DNA of 64,000 nt. Origin: Octopus bimaculoides. Lineage: Eukaryota. The position numbers and the translations under genes are program-made. The notes below the pieces were generated by a model that saw only the letters and a program-made list of their open reading frames with translations, did not search any database and was not told the origin of the DNA. This document shows, in pieces, positions 13,741-28,835 of this stretch. The stretch covers positions 746,551 through 810,550 of the forward strand of contig NC_069007.1 of NCBI RefSeq assembly GCF_001194135.2, given 5' to 3'. Position 1 is the stretch's first letter; each line of letters begins with the position of its first letter.

Positions 13741-13849
13741 CTATAGATTAAAGCAGAAATGAACTAGCAAACAATTCGGTAATTCATGACAAAGACAATT
13801 AATTTAGCTGTATTATATATATATATATATATTCAAGCGTAAGTTATAA

Positions 13850-13995
13850 GTTATAAGATTGCTCTCCATCCACATGATTCCTGGTTCAGTCCCATTGCGT
13901 TGCACCCTGGTCAACTGTCACCTGCTAAAGCTGCTGGCTGACCAAGACCTAGTGAGTGGATTTCAGAGAAACTGTAAGAATCCCGTCTTGTATAT
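13850..13995 (+). mobile_element. SINE family B (tRNA head plus CORE-like domain), 5' part
   Basis: ccacatgattcctggttcagtcccattgcgttgcaccctggtcaactgtc...gtgagtggatt...aaactgtaagaatcccgtc is homologous to the full copy at 62393-62806. Confidence 0.75.
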
Positions 13996-14814
13996 TTATT
14001 TATCTATTGTATGAGAGTTTTATTTGATGCACAGTTGAGGGTAGGTGACACAAAGCCAGCTACAACCTGAAGCTGTAACAGAGTGAAACAAAGCGTGCGT
14101 AACACTGATGAAAACGAGATCATTAACACCATTCCTGACACCAGAGTCCGGAAAGGTAGAAAGAGTTACGATAAAACTACATTTCATTCCTTTGTATTTC
14201 TATGGACATCGGTGACTTCACCCCGAGAAAACAAGACTGCTCTGAAGATGTCTCATTGCTAGGAAAGAAAAGGTAGCGGCTAATTGGAGGGTGGTGAAAG
14301 ATAGATATTCCATTTTCTAAAAGTGTAGGATTGAGAGCCAGGGTTATTTCCGTGCAAAGTAGTTGGAAAAACTGAAGAAGTGATGTGGTAACGCAACCAC
14401 AAAATCAAAACAGCAGAGGGCCAAATAAATAACTGTTTGCAGAGCACATACAGTCGCAAATGCAAAGGTAAAACATTACACCAACATTTCCTTGGTGATA
14501 TGCGTCAAATTAATCTATCATTCTTCACAGCATCGCCAAATATCTTAAAGATTGTTGGATAAGTGTGATGTGGGGTTAATTTTTCTAAAGATTTAGCAAT
14601 TACCCTACTTTAACGTGTATAAGGAAGACTCTAATTCTTCGGTCTTAAAAATTGGAAAAAAAGGTTTTTTGAAAAGGATTATAATAATATTCCTGTATAC
14701 GAAACTGCCATAATTTTTTAGTATAATTTTTGACAAAAAAAAAGAAAGGATTCCTTATACACGTTAAAATACGGTACGGAGAGATTACATCCTTGGCGTG
14801 ACAGCAAAAATATA

Positions 14815-14976
14815 GTGCTGCTGCTGATGGTGGTGGTGATGGTGAGAGTGGCAGTGGAGGTGGTGATGATGGTAGTGGTAGCGTTGATGATGACGATGGT
14901 GCTGGTGGAGAGAATGGTAGCGCTGATAATGATGATTGTATCGGTTGCTAGTAGAGGTAGCGATGTTGATGTCAAA

Positions 14977-15030
<54 letters not shown>
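14815..15030. repeat. GGT/GAT low-complexity tract ending in (GGC)n(GAC)n
   Basis: Direct reading of the sequence; it lies just before a gap. Confidence 0.9.
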
Positions 15031-15032
<2 letters not shown>

Positions 15033-15623
15033 AGTTACAAATAACGTATTTAACAATCAGTAATCCAAGTNNNNNNNNNNNNNNNNNNNNNNNNNNNNNN
15101 NNNNNNNNNNNNNNNNNNNNNNNNNNNNNNNNNNNNNNNNNNNNNNNNNNNNNNNNNNNNNNNNNNNNNNNNNNNNNNNNNNNNNNNNNNNNNNNNNNNN
15201 NNNNNNNNNNNNNNNNNNNNNNNNNNNNNNNNNNNNNNNNNNNNNNNNNNNNNNNNNNNNNNNNNNNNNNNNNNNNNNNNNNNNNNNNNNNNNNNNNNNN
15301 NNNNNNNNNNNNNNNNNNNNNNNNNNNNNNNNNNNNNNNNNNNNNNNNNNNNNNNNNNNNNNNNNNNNNNNNNNNNNNNNNNNNNNNNNNNNNNNNNNNN
15401 NNNNNNNNNNNNNNNNNNNNNNNNNNNNNNNNNNNNNNNNNNNNNNNNNNNNNNNNNNNNNNNNNNNNNNNNNNNNNNNNNNNNNNNNNNNNNNNNNNNN
15501 NNNNNNNNNNNNNNNNNNNNNNNNNNNNNNNNNNNNNNNNNNNNATATACATACATACACAGACATTACTTACAAATATGCACACATACTTATGCTTATA
15601 AATATATATAAATATATAGACAC

Positions 15624-15668
<45 letters not shown>

Positions 15669-16445
15669 GCATACACACATATATACACACATATGCATAT
15701 ACACACGCATACATATATACATACATGATTATATGAATGTGCTTATTTTCACACACACACATGTGTGCATAATATGTGTGTGTGTGTGTGTATGTGTGTG
15801 TGTGTGTTTGTGGGTGTACGCGCCTTTCTGACAGACCTAGATATTCCAGTATAAACAATTTTTAAATTGTGTTGGAAATTATTCGGGAAATGTGGTTTTG
15901 GCGTAAACGTGGTTTTGGTGTATCCGTTTCTACAAACTTGCACATCAATGGTGAAAAGAGATTCACCGCTAAGCATGCGTCTCTGCGAGTGAGTATGCAT
16001 CTGTGTCTATACATACATAGATACATTTACATATACGCGTGTATATATTTAAAATACATATGTATTTATATATAGATATACACATAGAGCCACGAATCAA
16101 TTACTTTCTCGCCTACAATTAATCAACCGTCCTTCGCCTATTCAGATAAAAAAAAAAAATATTTATTATGCATGAATAACTAATTTTCTATTGATATTTA
16201 AAAACCATTATGTCAGGCCGACATTAATTTACTAGTTTATTTAATTGATTTAATTAATTATTAATTTTGTTATTTAATTTAGCATCCACATCTCCGACAA
16301 CACATTCCAAACTTTCACCAGCGTCTGTTCCTTTTCAGTCCTAACCTTCTGTACCTCTTTCAGTTTTTCCTTTATTCTCCGCTTAACTCGCTCGCTGTAT
16401 GTGTGGGTGTGACTGCGAATGTGTGTGCGTGTGTCTGTGTGTACG

Positions 16446-16486
<41 letters not shown>

Positions 16487-16847
16487 NNNNNNNNNNNNNN
16501 NNNNNNNNNNNNNNNNNNNNNNNNNNNNNNNNNNNNNNNNNNNNNNNNNNNNNNNNNNNNNNNNNNNNNNNNNNNNNNNNNNNNNNNNNNNNNNNNNNNN
16601 NNNNNNNNNNNNNNNNNNNNNNNNNNNNNNNNNNNNNNNNNNNNNNNNNNNNNNNNNNNNNNNNNNNNNNNNNNNNNNNNNNNNNNNNNNNNNNNNNNNN
16701 NNNNNNNNNNNNNNNNNNNNNNNNNNNNNNNNNNNNNNNNNNNNNNNNNNNNNNNNNNNNNNNNNNNNNNNNNNNNNNNNNNNNNNNNNNNNNNNNNNNN
16801 NNNNNNNNNNNNNNNNNNNNNNNNNNNNNNNNNNNNNNNNNNNNNNN

Positions 16848-16901
<54 letters not shown>

Positions 16902-18415
16902 TTATGTGCACTCATATGCATATACACGTAAAATGTATAAACCCATGTTTACGTATAGTATACACACCCATCATATTTAGGCGTATAATATATACACGAA
17001 TATATATATATACATATGCACACACACAGACCTAAACACACACGTATATAAACCTATATATTATTTATAGGCATAGACAGAGATATATATATTACATCAA
17101 CACATACATATAAACATAGCTTTCCCTTTATTTCTGTTTTTCCCTGCAAAAATATAGAAGTGAATAGCAATTAGACGCAATTACCATATTACAGTTACCG
17201 CGTATCATAGCATATTTCTCGTCAACTCAATATATCGTAATTATTTTTAAAATGTCTGCATCATTTACTACACCGCGCCCCCACTACACCGCCGCCACCA
17301 CCACCACCACATCCTCCTCCTCCTTACATCTCGTCTAATAAACTACATTATAATTTATAGATTTCCGACATTGGTACAAGACATGGAATATGTGTCAAAA
17401 AACGTGTAGACCACTGAATCGATCTTTTAGTAATTGACTACTGCAGAAATTACTTGGTATATATTTCTGGTGCAAATTACTAAAGACCGCCAATGAGCGG
17501 AAACTCAACGTGGTATTGTACGCTGGAAATATCAGCCAAACCAACCGCAAATTAATTACTATCGTTTTAATGGGTGAAGAATATATTTCTGAAAATATAT
17601 TCAATAATAACACTCCTCAAGATGTTCCTTATATTGTTCAAGGATGAATTATCAGCTGTTTGATCTATTGAACTATCACTTTATTTAATTGGATTCCTCG
17701 GATCAACGTGGCTTCTGATCGACTCACCTCTTACTTGCAAATAAATCGATCCAGAATCTTCCACACAGTTGCTATCTCACAATCTCTCACACACAAATTA
17801 ACTTGGATCACTTGAAGTCTTTGGTATGCTTCTATCGTTTATCATTTGCTTGTTTTTGTTACCGAACTCTGGTCATACTGGAGCAATACATTGAAGATTC
17901 AACAAAGCAAAACGCAACAAAATTGTTATTTATCCTAAAGTCGTAGAAAAACCGCTAAAATAGGGAGACGTAAAGAGAAACCAATATGATCTGTGAAGCA
18001 GTGGAAGAGGGACTGAAGCTGAGGACACAAAGATGAAATGAGACACACACGTACAAGTGTAAATATATGCACAGAGACAGACAGACAGACACAAATACAC
18101 TCACATATATGATGGGCTGTTACAGAAATTTTGTCTACGAATTTCACCAGCAAGGTATTGGCAGGCTCGAGCTTGTAGTAGGTTTGAAATTGCAATCAAC
18201 GGGTTTCGAAGCGAGCATCTTAAACATGCGGCTATAGTTGCTACTATAAAAACAAAACATGACACAGCACTTACTCAGGTTATATATATATATATATATN
18301 NNNNNNNNNNNNNNNNNNNNNNNNNNNNNNNNNNNNNNNNNNNNNNNNNNNNNNNNNNNNNNNNNNNNNNNNNNNNNNNNNNNNNNNNNNNNNNNNNNNN
18401 NNNNNNNNNNNNNNN

Positions 18416-18468
<53 letters not shown>

Positions 18469-19399
18469 TACATCCACAAGAGTATGAGCATGTTTGCACA
18501 TGTGTGTATTTACACCTATATTTAGCTTTGGAAAGACTGTTGGTTTCTCTCTATTGTTCGTTCCCCTCCCTCTCCATCTCTCATTGACTAATGCTAGCTG
18601 GGATCTACTGTTTCTTCCATCCTACTCTAGACGTTCCTTGTTATCTCCCTTTCACAGTTCCTTCAGTCTCAAATTTCATAACATGTCTCTCCTACGGTTT
18701 CGATAGTAGCGCAAACTCCACCGTTCAGTCAGAAAATAAACCGTTTCGGTCGTCTTTTTATAGAGTACAGCAAACAACATACATGTTTATGCGTGCTAAA
18801 GCTTACCAAGCTGGTACTAAATTGTGCAAAGTACAAAAGAGAGTAAAACTGAAAAAAATGCTGTGTATATATATTTCTACAAACGCTGTTTCTACAAAGA
18901 TGGTGATGATGATAATGATGATGCTGGTCGTGATAATGGTAGTGGTGGTGCTGCTGCTGATGGTGGTGTTCATGATAGTGATGATGTGGTGCTGCTGCTA
19001 CAGTTACTGACGATGGTGGTGGTGGTGGCGGTGATGATGATAGTGATGACGATGATATGATAATGTTAATAACAAAAATGATGATGATGACGACGACGAT
19101 GATTGCGTGTGGTCCTTCAAACATAGCACCAAAAGGCTACAATTCATAACGAAATAGCGTATGATACCTAGATTTATGCAAATTTCCATATATTAGGTAA
19201 TTGTGATCTTTTCATTGCATCGATTATTCATAAGATGAAACAAAAGATTTCTACATCACTAGCTCAGCTTTTGAAGCTAAAATATAAATTTATATCCTTG
19301 CTCTGCACGTAATCTCCCACGACCAATGTTTTATAATTTTTGTTTTTTTCAGTCCTGTAGTGTTAGTTTTCCTCTGATATGTAAATTATGCTTTTGACT

Positions 19400-19464
<65 letters not shown>

Positions 19465-19834
19465 TTTTGCATCTTTTTCATCCTCACACTTTCTTTGCAT
19501 CATACTTCTTTGACCTTACAAACTTCTATAATTACTCATCTACGACTCCGTCTACCTCCTTAAATCTCCCAAACGAACCGCATACGCAACTCGTTTCCAC
19601 ATTTCATTCATTTTTGCATCTTGCTTATTCCTGAAAATTCGTATTTCTCATACATTCTATAATTCTTATTTCTCTTCCGAAGAAGGATCAACATCCGAAC
19701 CGTACGTTTACTTCCTCTTTCCAGCAGCCCGATTAGTCTATATGTTATTTCGTTCATGTGTTTTACATATACATTATTTCTACTATATGTGTGTATATAT
19801 GTATGTATATACAAATATATATATAATTATACAC

Positions 19835-19965
19835 AACAGGCTTCTTTCAGCTTCCATCTCCCAAGTCCACTAACTGGGCTTCACTCGTCTGGAAATGAAC
19901 CTGGAACAATGGCAGTGAACACGGAACCATTCGATGACAAGCAAGGTTCTTGCCATACAGCCACT
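19835..19965 (-). mobile_element. SINE family B, internally deleted copy
   Basis: ggcttctttcagcttccatctcccaagtccact...gaacctggaac matches the family B segments at 62670-62790. Confidence 0.65.
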
Positions 19966-19986
19966 TATATCTATTTGTGTGTGTGC

Positions 19987-20020
<34 letters not shown>

Positions 20021-20298
20021 NNNNNNNNNNNNNNNNNNNNNNNNNNNNNNNNNNNNNNNNNNNNNNNNNNNNNNNNNNNNNNNNNNNNNNNNNNNNNNNN
20101 NNNNNNNNNNNNNNNNNNNNNNNNNNNNNNNNNNNNNNNNNNNNNNNNNNNNNNNNNNNNNNNNNNNNNNNNNNNNNNNNNNNNNNNNNNNNNNNNNNNN
20201 NNNNNNNNNNNNNNNNNNNNNNNNNNNNNNNNNNNNNNNNNNNATATATGTATATACGAACAAAAATATGCCTGGATGTGTAAGTCATGTGTGTATGT

Positions 20299-20329
<31 letters not shown>

Positions 20330-20330
20330 C

Positions 20331-20389
<59 letters not shown>

Positions 20390-22001
20390 GATGTGTGTGT
20401 ATGTGTGCATTTTATTTTTGCTTGATAGGTAGGTTCCTACGAACGAAAAATGTTTTAACGAACAAGGAACGAAAATAACCTTATTTGTTGCAGAATCTAT
20501 AACTATTTTTACGAACTATTTTACCTTATATTATTCATTTTTGTTATCCATTATTATTATTATTATTATTATTGCTATTACAAATTTGTTTTTGGTAACG
20601 TCAATACATGTTGCTATCAGTATAGCATAATCAAAACGCAGATCGATGTCTCGGAGAAATATATTTGCAATAAGATTAATAATAACAACAATAACAACAA
20701 TCATGATAGAAAAGACATCATAAGAAAGACAACGCGAATACATTTAACAAAAGCAACAAAGCTATCAAACAAAAAAACATGATTAGCAACGGGAAGAAGT
20801 GCATCAGCTAGGAGGAAAGTGCATGGATATCATTTTCTATGACTATATCTGATGCGATACGAAGTTTGTATACATGCAAGAAGAAATTATAAAGAAACAC
20901 TGAAGAACGATGGGATGAAACGAAAATGAAAAGAAAAGGTAAGAAAGAAATAGTGAAAATAAATCAAAATAGAAGGCAGCAAAAGAAGAAAAACAACGTC
21001 AGAAGATCTATAGAAAAGTAAGGAACCAATTTCGGTGAAATTCATTTTCTTCTTTTCTTGCGCAAGAAAACTATTTCTGGTTTTAATTCCAGAAAAAGAT
21101 ATTTACCCATGAAATCCATAAAAATAAATAAATATATGTATATAATGAAAATATAACAAACAAAAATATATCTGAAACATAAAAAAATATAAATAATTTT
21201 TTAAAAATTTAACAAAAACACGAACACCAATACTGACGACAACAAAAGACAAAAACAACCAATGGAGCATTAGTGAAAAAAAATACACAAAAATGGATTT
21301 TTTCAAAGATGGTATCTGTCAATTGTAATTCTCATCAAAATCTCTGATCATTTTTTGACAGTCCAAAAAGGAAAAGAAAAAAGATTAAAGAAGAAAACAA
21401 TCTACAAACAATAACATAAAACATAAAAATACATAGACAAACAGCAAGAAAGAAAAGTTTCTAATGGAAACGGAGCGAACATTTACTGAGATTTCTGTTG
21501 ATCTTTTTTTCATTTTCTGTGCGCTGTTTTCTCCCTGTGTTACTTTCAGAGAGATATAGGGAGTGGGGTGGGAAATATTTGGAAATTTGACTTTAGAAAC
21601 TATATTTGAACTCTGGGAGTTTGTGACACAGCATGGCCACAGCCAAGAAAAGCTGTTGCAGTTGATGTTGGTTGAAATATTTCTGTGTAGTGTAGTAATA
21701 CGGGATTCAAAAGACTGAAGATCAAAACATCCCGCCCATAACAATTGAGTTTACCTTATAAAACCGTATTATAAAGTCTGAAATGCTCCCAATTTTTAGC
21801 AAGGCAGATTACGGGTTACCCGTACACACGCACACACATTTATTTTTGAATATGAATGTATATTATTGCAATACATGAGAATATATATCCATATACGGAT
21901 ATGAATGAGTGTGTGTGTGTGTGTGTGTGTTTTCCTTTCCTATTAAAAGAAACTTTCATGACACTGGAAAATATATACATATATTAAGCCTGGAAAAGAA
22001 G

Positions 22002-22128
22002 GCAAAAGAGACCGATAGAATAAATACTAGGTTTACAAAGAATAAGCTCTGGGGTCGATTTGCTCGACTATAAAGGCGGTGCTCCAGCATGGCCGCTGTC
22101 ACATGACTGAAACAAGTAAAAGAGTAAA
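22002..22128 (+). mobile_element. SINE family B, 3' half with tail
   Basis: ggcaaaagagaccgatagaataaatactagg...ggggtcgatttgctcgac...ggcggtgctccagcatggccgctgtcacatgactgaaacaagtaaaagag. Confidence 0.85.
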
Positions 22129-22926
22129 CAAGTATACATATATATCAACCGCCAATATAGCAACTAACATTTTAGATATTCTTGAAACTAAAATTCGAAA
22201 CTAAAATACCACCAAAAACCATACGAGAAAACCTTAAAACGTATTACATTTTATGAAACTAATTTTTACATCTATCGACCTCATCCTACAGGTAGACCGC
22301 AACACCGCTGCCGAAACGACCACCGCCACCAACAATATTAAGTAGAACACCTGGTTCAGTAAAAATCTACATAAATCTTTTGGTGACATCATGGAAACAA
22401 TAAATGACAATAGTTTATCAAATAGTGCATGAATAATATATTAACTAACACTTTATTTGCAATGAGAGAAGATCAACAAATGATACTATCTCTGGATATT
22501 CAGGCAAAACTGTACGTCTATGCAGAAGCAAAAGAAAAAGGAGGATCTACGAGACTAGTTTCGTTCCTGTTCAGGAATATTATCAGGTATCCGTAAACGT
22601 GGTTTTATAAGCAGTGAATGCGGCCAAGGCTTAACAAGGCAACCAAGATACTCACTCACTGAGGAAATCCGAACCCAAGAATGGAACGACATTGATTGAT
22701 ATTTTCTTGAAAATGCTGAAAATGGAGACGAAGCTTGTATGTCTGCCTATACAGCATTGGTTAAACAGTCTTCTGAAATATTCTTCAGAATATCATAGTA
22801 TTGATAGAAAAGAATTATATAGCAAAGCTATATAAAATACATACGTAGAGTAAGAATATTTATAAATTCGTCTCAATAACTGGCAAGTGAAATTTGCTTT
22901 GTAGACGCTAAGATGGCAGGAGTCGG

Positions 22927-22979
<53 letters not shown>

Positions 22980-23641
22980 NNNNNNNNNNNNNNNNNNNNN
23001 NNNNNNNNNNNNNNNNNNNNNNNNNNNNNNNNNNNNNNNNNNNNNNNNNNNNNNNNNNNNNNNNNNNNNNNNNNNNNNNNNNNNNNNNNNNNNNNNNNNN
23101 NNNNNNNNNNNNNNNNNNNNNNNNNNNNNNNNNNNNNNNNNNNNNNNNNNNNNNNNNNNNNNNNNNNNNNNNNNNNNNNNNNNNNNNNNNNNNNNNNNNN
23201 NNNNNNNNNNNNNNNNNNNNNNNNNNNNNNNNNNNNNNNNNNNNNNNNNNNNNNNNNNNNNNNNNNNNNNNNNNNNNNNNNNNNNNNNNNNNNNNNNNNN
23301 NNNNNNNNNNNNNNNNNNNNNNNNNNNNNNNNNNNNNNNTGTTGTATTTCAGGATGGATACTTTTTTTTGTATCCTAAGGATACACATCTTAGAACAGAA
23401 TGGAGTAATAGGGGCAAGAGGTCACACGTAAACGTAAAGTATCGCTGAAGAGGTCACAAATGTGCGACGAAAGATTTCTGGACAAAGGACTCAAGTTCAA
23501 ATATTAAAAAATAAGAACAGAAATAAAAGAGTGAACTATAATAATGCGTGTTTATTTGGTAAAAAAAAGAAGACCGTCCCAAAATACAATATCTGTTTCA
23601 ACACGCGATTTCGCATCAGGAATCTTGCAACACAAATTGAT

Positions 23642-23685
<44 letters not shown>

Positions 23686-23697
23686 TGGGGTAAGTAG

Positions 23698-23812
23698 CGA
23701 GTTCAGGCTTTGGTAGAAGACACTTGCTCAAGGTGCTACGCAATGGGACTGAACCCAGAACTATGTTGTTGGTAAGCAAGCTACTTACCACACATACACT
23801 CCTGCGCCTCAA
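23698..23812 (-). mobile_element. SINE family B, head and CORE-like part
   Basis: gtagaagacacttgctcaaggtgctacgcaatgggactgaacccagaac...agcaagctacttaccacac. Its reverse complement has a B-box-like gggttcagtccc and the CORE-like caccttgagcaagtgtcttct. Confidence 0.85.
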
Positions 23813-24594
23813 CTACATATAAATACATATATACACTCGCACATACACAAATACATGTGTATGCGAATGATTATTATTTGCGTGCGTGTGTTTGTGTGTG
23901 TGCGCGCGCGTCAGTGTTTATGTCTTTGGCGTATAAAGGTTTATACATTGTGAAAATCACATAAATATACTTTGCGGCCATAAATATTTAAATTACAGTG
24001 TGTTGAACAACTCCCATGTTTCAAGAAATGAAATAACAACTGTCAAGAGACACAGATATATCATTAGTTATATGTTGTTTTGGTATTTTATATTCCAAAC
24101 GTCCATCTCTGATTACCTCCTATGACAACTATCATATATCAGTAGGTGGGGCGTTGCAACGTAGCACCGTCAGTTGTGACGAAGACATTAAGACAAAACC
24201 AGGCGTAATGTAATAGAAATTTTGTCCTTTGCTCTCTTGTTTAAGTTCGTCATTCAATCGAAAATACATAAATTTCATACATACATAATTACATCCATAC
24301 TCACACATATTAAAGCTTATATATGAATCTACATACATTTTTACTGACGTGTTCTTGTATTTTAAGAGAGCGGGGGAAAAAGAGCGCGCTTATGAACCAT
24401 TATCTCTTGGAGGTTAGAGGAAGTGAAGGTGTTACCCACAGACCAAGAACCTCGATTGAAGACTTGCAAGAAATTGAACTCTGCTAAAGGCGTTCAATGA
24501 CTAGGGGATAGTGGAGAAATATGACATTGAATGAAATATACGTATGTGGACATGTTTGCCTACATGTATACATACAAATCTCTCTCTCTCTCTC

Positions 24595-24626
<32 letters not shown>

Positions 24627-24865
24627 NNNNNNNNNNNNNNNNNNNNNNNNNNNNNNNNNNNNNNNNNNNNNNNNNNNNNNNNNNNNNNNNNNNNNNNNNN
24701 NNNNNNNNNNNNNNNNNNNNNNNNNNNNNNNNNNNNNNNNNNNNNNNNNNNNNNNNNNNNNNNNNNNNNNNNNNNNNNNNNNNNNNNNNNNNNNNNNNNN
24801 NNNNNNNNNNNNNNNNNNNNNNNNNNNNNNNNNNNNNNNNNNNNNNNNNNNNNNNNNNNNNNNNN

Positions 24866-24904
<39 letters not shown>

Positions 24905-25196
24905 GCACACACGTGTATATGTACATATGCATATATATATATATGTACACACGCACATACGTGTATGTACATATGTATATATGTACACACAGGTGTATAT
25001 AGATATGTATATGTATGTGTTCATATATATATATATACACGCACACATACCTTTACACAAATGTATATATACATGTATATTACATGTATATATATATACA
25101 TATATGTGTGTGTGTGTGTGTGTATATAAGCACATACGTTTTCACATATTTGACTGAGTGTGCATGTATGTCTGCATCTCTCTCTGTGTCTCTCTC

Positions 25197-25291
<95 letters not shown>

Positions 25292-25944
25292 ATGAAGTAG
25301 GAGGGGGTTAAAATATCGCATGAGACGTAAAATGACAAACATTGAAAGCTTTTGATCTGCCGAATGTCAAGCATGCGTAGGCATGACTTTAGATCTAAGC
25401 ATGTCAACCATGAGAACCATAGATGGAAAATATCAAACACGTGAACCCTCAAAATAATTTCCAGCAAAAGGTGTCTTTCTGTTATCTCGACTGCAAAGAA
25501 CTTGATAAGTTACAGAATGTTTGCGAAAAAAACCCCCCAAAAAAACGAAACCAAATAAAAAAGAAAAAAAGAAAAGAAAAATGCTATTCTTTATGGGTGG
25601 AGGACGAAATGCGACTCTGTAGGAAGTTTAGCCAACAATAATTCTTTCGATTGCTGAAAAATTTTATCATGAATTTTCATCAAAAGATGTAAAACCAATA
25701 AGGGTACATTATTTTTATATATCACATATCTGAATTTAGCGACGTATATCCGTATTTGTCTATGTCTAACACATATATTGCGACCGTTTGGCAGGTATAT
25801 ACACACTTTCTGAATGTTTTATGTGGCATAAAGTTCCAAACAATGCCGTTTCTTTTAGCACAGCACTCCTTAGCTACTATCCAAGATCGGAACCAAGATT
25901 TCTCTGTATACACATCCAACCCTACCACGCACACACACACAAAT

Positions 25945-25983
<39 letters not shown>

Positions 25984-27360
25984 CACGCATATATCTGCAT
26001 GTATATAGAATGTAGTTATCTTAATAATTAATCCTTGATATTAAATAAGATCCGGTGTTCGCACAATTGCTCAATATTTATTTATGGAGCGCACGTTATG
26101 TTTCCATTTTATTGAACGGATTCAGAAATTGTATATCTGAAAACTGTTAGGTCGTAATCGAATAGGACTTCTTCAGGGACAAAGAGAAATTTTGTACATT
26201 GGTATAAAGTGAGTGTTATAAATTTCAAGAATGTCTGAATCCATTCCTAGCATGGAAATAGTTTTCTATGCATGCTTATAACTACTTTATATTTTATATT
26301 TGAACATTCCCTAGAATAGCTTTAGGCACGTAGTGCTCTGTTAATGTATATCTGTAACGTATATAGAACTATATACGTGTTTTGTATGTGTGTGAATGGA
26401 AATTTGTTTGAAGCATTGAGATGCGTGAGCAAAATGGTGAGTTTTAATAAATCCCTATGGCAATCCGAGAGAAGAATAAAATGGAATAAAATTTGGCATT
26501 GCCAACGAATGAGAAATATGAAGAAATATTTAAAAATTCCCTTTTTAACAGTCTAATATTTCGGGATGAAAATTCCCTTCAGGCTGAGGGAGAAGAGTTC
26601 ACCGACGAGGCAGTTCGTAACCAGATCGATCTGTCTTCTGATTGAAATTTATTTTTCGTATCATTGAACAGCTTAGTGGTTTAATGTTAATGAAGGAACG
26701 GGTTAAACGGGCGGTCAAATACTGTGTAACAGCATATTGTGGGTTTCATGGTAAGGAATGAAGAATTCCAAGTTTGGGTCAATCGGTCAGATATTTCACA
26801 AGAAATTTTTTAATCCTAAAGTATTGGAATATTAAAACGGAATTTTTTGGACATCTCTACATCTCCGTTTTTTATACATTGGCAACGCCATATTTTATTG
26901 CATTTCATTCTTCACACACACACACACACACTCATAACTATATTTCTCGCTAAATATATGTGTCTGCGTGTATATTCAGACGTAGATATTTAAGTAGGTA
27001 CTTGAAAGACTTACCTTAATAATTCCGTGCCATACCATGTATAATGAGTAGATCCAATCCGCAGTTCCAAATATTTAAGATTATTATTATTATTACTATT
27101 AAAATTAATATTTTAATTGTAAAATGTAATTTTCACATGGTAATTGCCTGAAAATAGAAAAAAGATAGGGAAAAACAATGATTAGTTTCAAGAAAATAAC
27201 CAGATGTGACGTAAGTAAATAAAATAGATTTAATTATTTTGCATGGTGAAAAGAATTTTTTTTCTTTCTGGGCCAGACGATTTTAGACTTCGGCAGGGGC
27301 GAATCGTAGCAACGAATTTGGTTTTCTCTTTTACCTAAAATACTTATTTACAATTTTGCA

Positions 27361-27930
27361 GAGGAAATGATGAGAGATGTGATGGAATCATGAATGAAAG
27401 ATTGGATGTTGGTGGATATTAGATACAAACTGTGAGATTTGCAGACTATCAGACAATGATAGCAAAGGCATAGGAATGTTTTCAGACCATCATGACATGT
27501 CTGATTGAAGTAGTTGAAGGACACGGGATGAGAATAAACCAGAAGAACAAAGGAATGAAAATTGGAAAGAGAAGAGAATCTTCAAATCAACATCAACGGA
27601 AATAAATTATAGCAGATTCAATACTTTAAATACCTTGAAAGCCGACTAACTGAGGATGGGAGAAATGAGACGGAAATCAGAGCAAGAAGTGCTGTGGGAC
27701 AATTCAACTCACACAAAACACTGCTCGCCAAAGGCCTGAAGCATGACTAGAAGAAAGCTGGTGAGAACCCGAGTATAGGTCAGTGATCGAGTGGAAAATG
27801 CTGAGACGGCGAAGTAGGGCGATGACGATGGCTGATCTCAGGCAGACGAATTTATACTATTCAAAGAAGAGGATAGCACAAGTTAGATATTGCTGGAAAA
27901 GGTTCACATGCACGGGATCTGCCCAAAGCC
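27361..27930 (+). mobile_element. RTE/BovB-type LINE reverse-transcriptase fragment, pseudogenised
   Basis: With stops and frameshifts it reads VGGY*IQTVRFADYQTMIAK...EGHGMRINQK.KGMKIG...IQYFKYLESRLTEDGRNETEIRAR. This contains the RFADD-like catalytic motif and the FKYLG-like motif of non-LTR RTs, in RTE-style context. Confidence 0.8.
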
Positions 27931-28739
27931 AGTTCACTATTGGACTAGATATATATATCTATATTATCTATATATATCTATATATACCATTATATATATA
28001 TATATATATATATATGACGAAGAAGCATTGTGATGATGGAGAAGAAGAAAAATATGTAGAACTACATTATCTGACGTGTATTTCTTTTAAATTGAAGTGT
28101 TGGGTGAAAGAGGTTTAGTTGTTTGTTGAAAGTCGAACAGTCGTATAGAAACGACCCATTTAGTCAGAGTTGTTGCTTAGTGCTGTTCAGGCTGAGACAA
28201 AATTTTAAATTATTTCAGGTATAAATATTTCTTCATTTTTAGGGGACTGGAATGTACTACATACCTTTACCTTATCTAAAACACGAGAATGCGATTTGTG
28301 ATGTATTTAGCTTCAATGTCTAATGGATCCAGTGACGGTTCATAAGCTCCATGTTCTATTAATGTTGAATGTTTGCGAACGTTTTGATATACCTGCGTAT
28401 GTGTAGATGTGTGTCTATGTATATAAGTACTTGTCTCCATTTGAGTGTGTGTGTGTGTGGGAGTTCGTGATTTACCTGTGATCCTCTGGATACAGCGAAG
28501 ACTGGGGATAAGCACCGGGCCGTGCTGATCATTCCAAGTCGTTAACGAACTTATTGCCGTGAAGTTACATTATTCTAATATCAACTCCCGTTTTGCTATT
28601 CATTTTAATATGGATCGAGTCAAAAAATAAAATTCCAGAACAATCAACGTCCCCGCATGATCCCCTTTCATCGCAGTTTTGACACTGGCTTAAAGCAACG
28701 CGGCTCTGTCTGCGTTTGAAATATATAGATTCGGTATTC

Positions 28740-28835
28740 ATTTCTGGCGATCAAAGGACACCTTTGATAACCCCAGCTCTGCACAGTCGTGCTGACCTCT
28801 GGTTAAACAGTTATCAAAACCAAATATATTAACGA
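28740..28835 (-). mobile_element. Probable fragment of a dispersed SINE-like repeat
   Basis: The reverse complement ggggttatcaaaggtgtcctttgatcgccag resembles a repeat I recall from octopus DNA; not verified by search. Confidence 0.35.

Noticed and set aside
14785-15858. 357-aa ORF and all other long ORFs containing X runs or YI/CV/HT/RE repeats
   Set aside because: They stay open only because of N-gaps and dinucleotide microsatellites.
22462-22790. Codon-like stretch (MREDQQMILSLDIQAKLYVYAEAK..., then KRGFISSECGQG...)
   Set aside because: Broken by a frameshift and stops, with no motif I recognise. It may be an old TE, but I cannot support that.
28749-28818. Inverted TCF-like sites (ATCAAAG/CTTTGAT) and a 9-bp-ended hairpin, considered as an enhancer or pre-miRNA
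   Set aside because: The hairpin has large asymmetric loops unlike a pre-miRNA, and the segment resembles a dispersed repeat.
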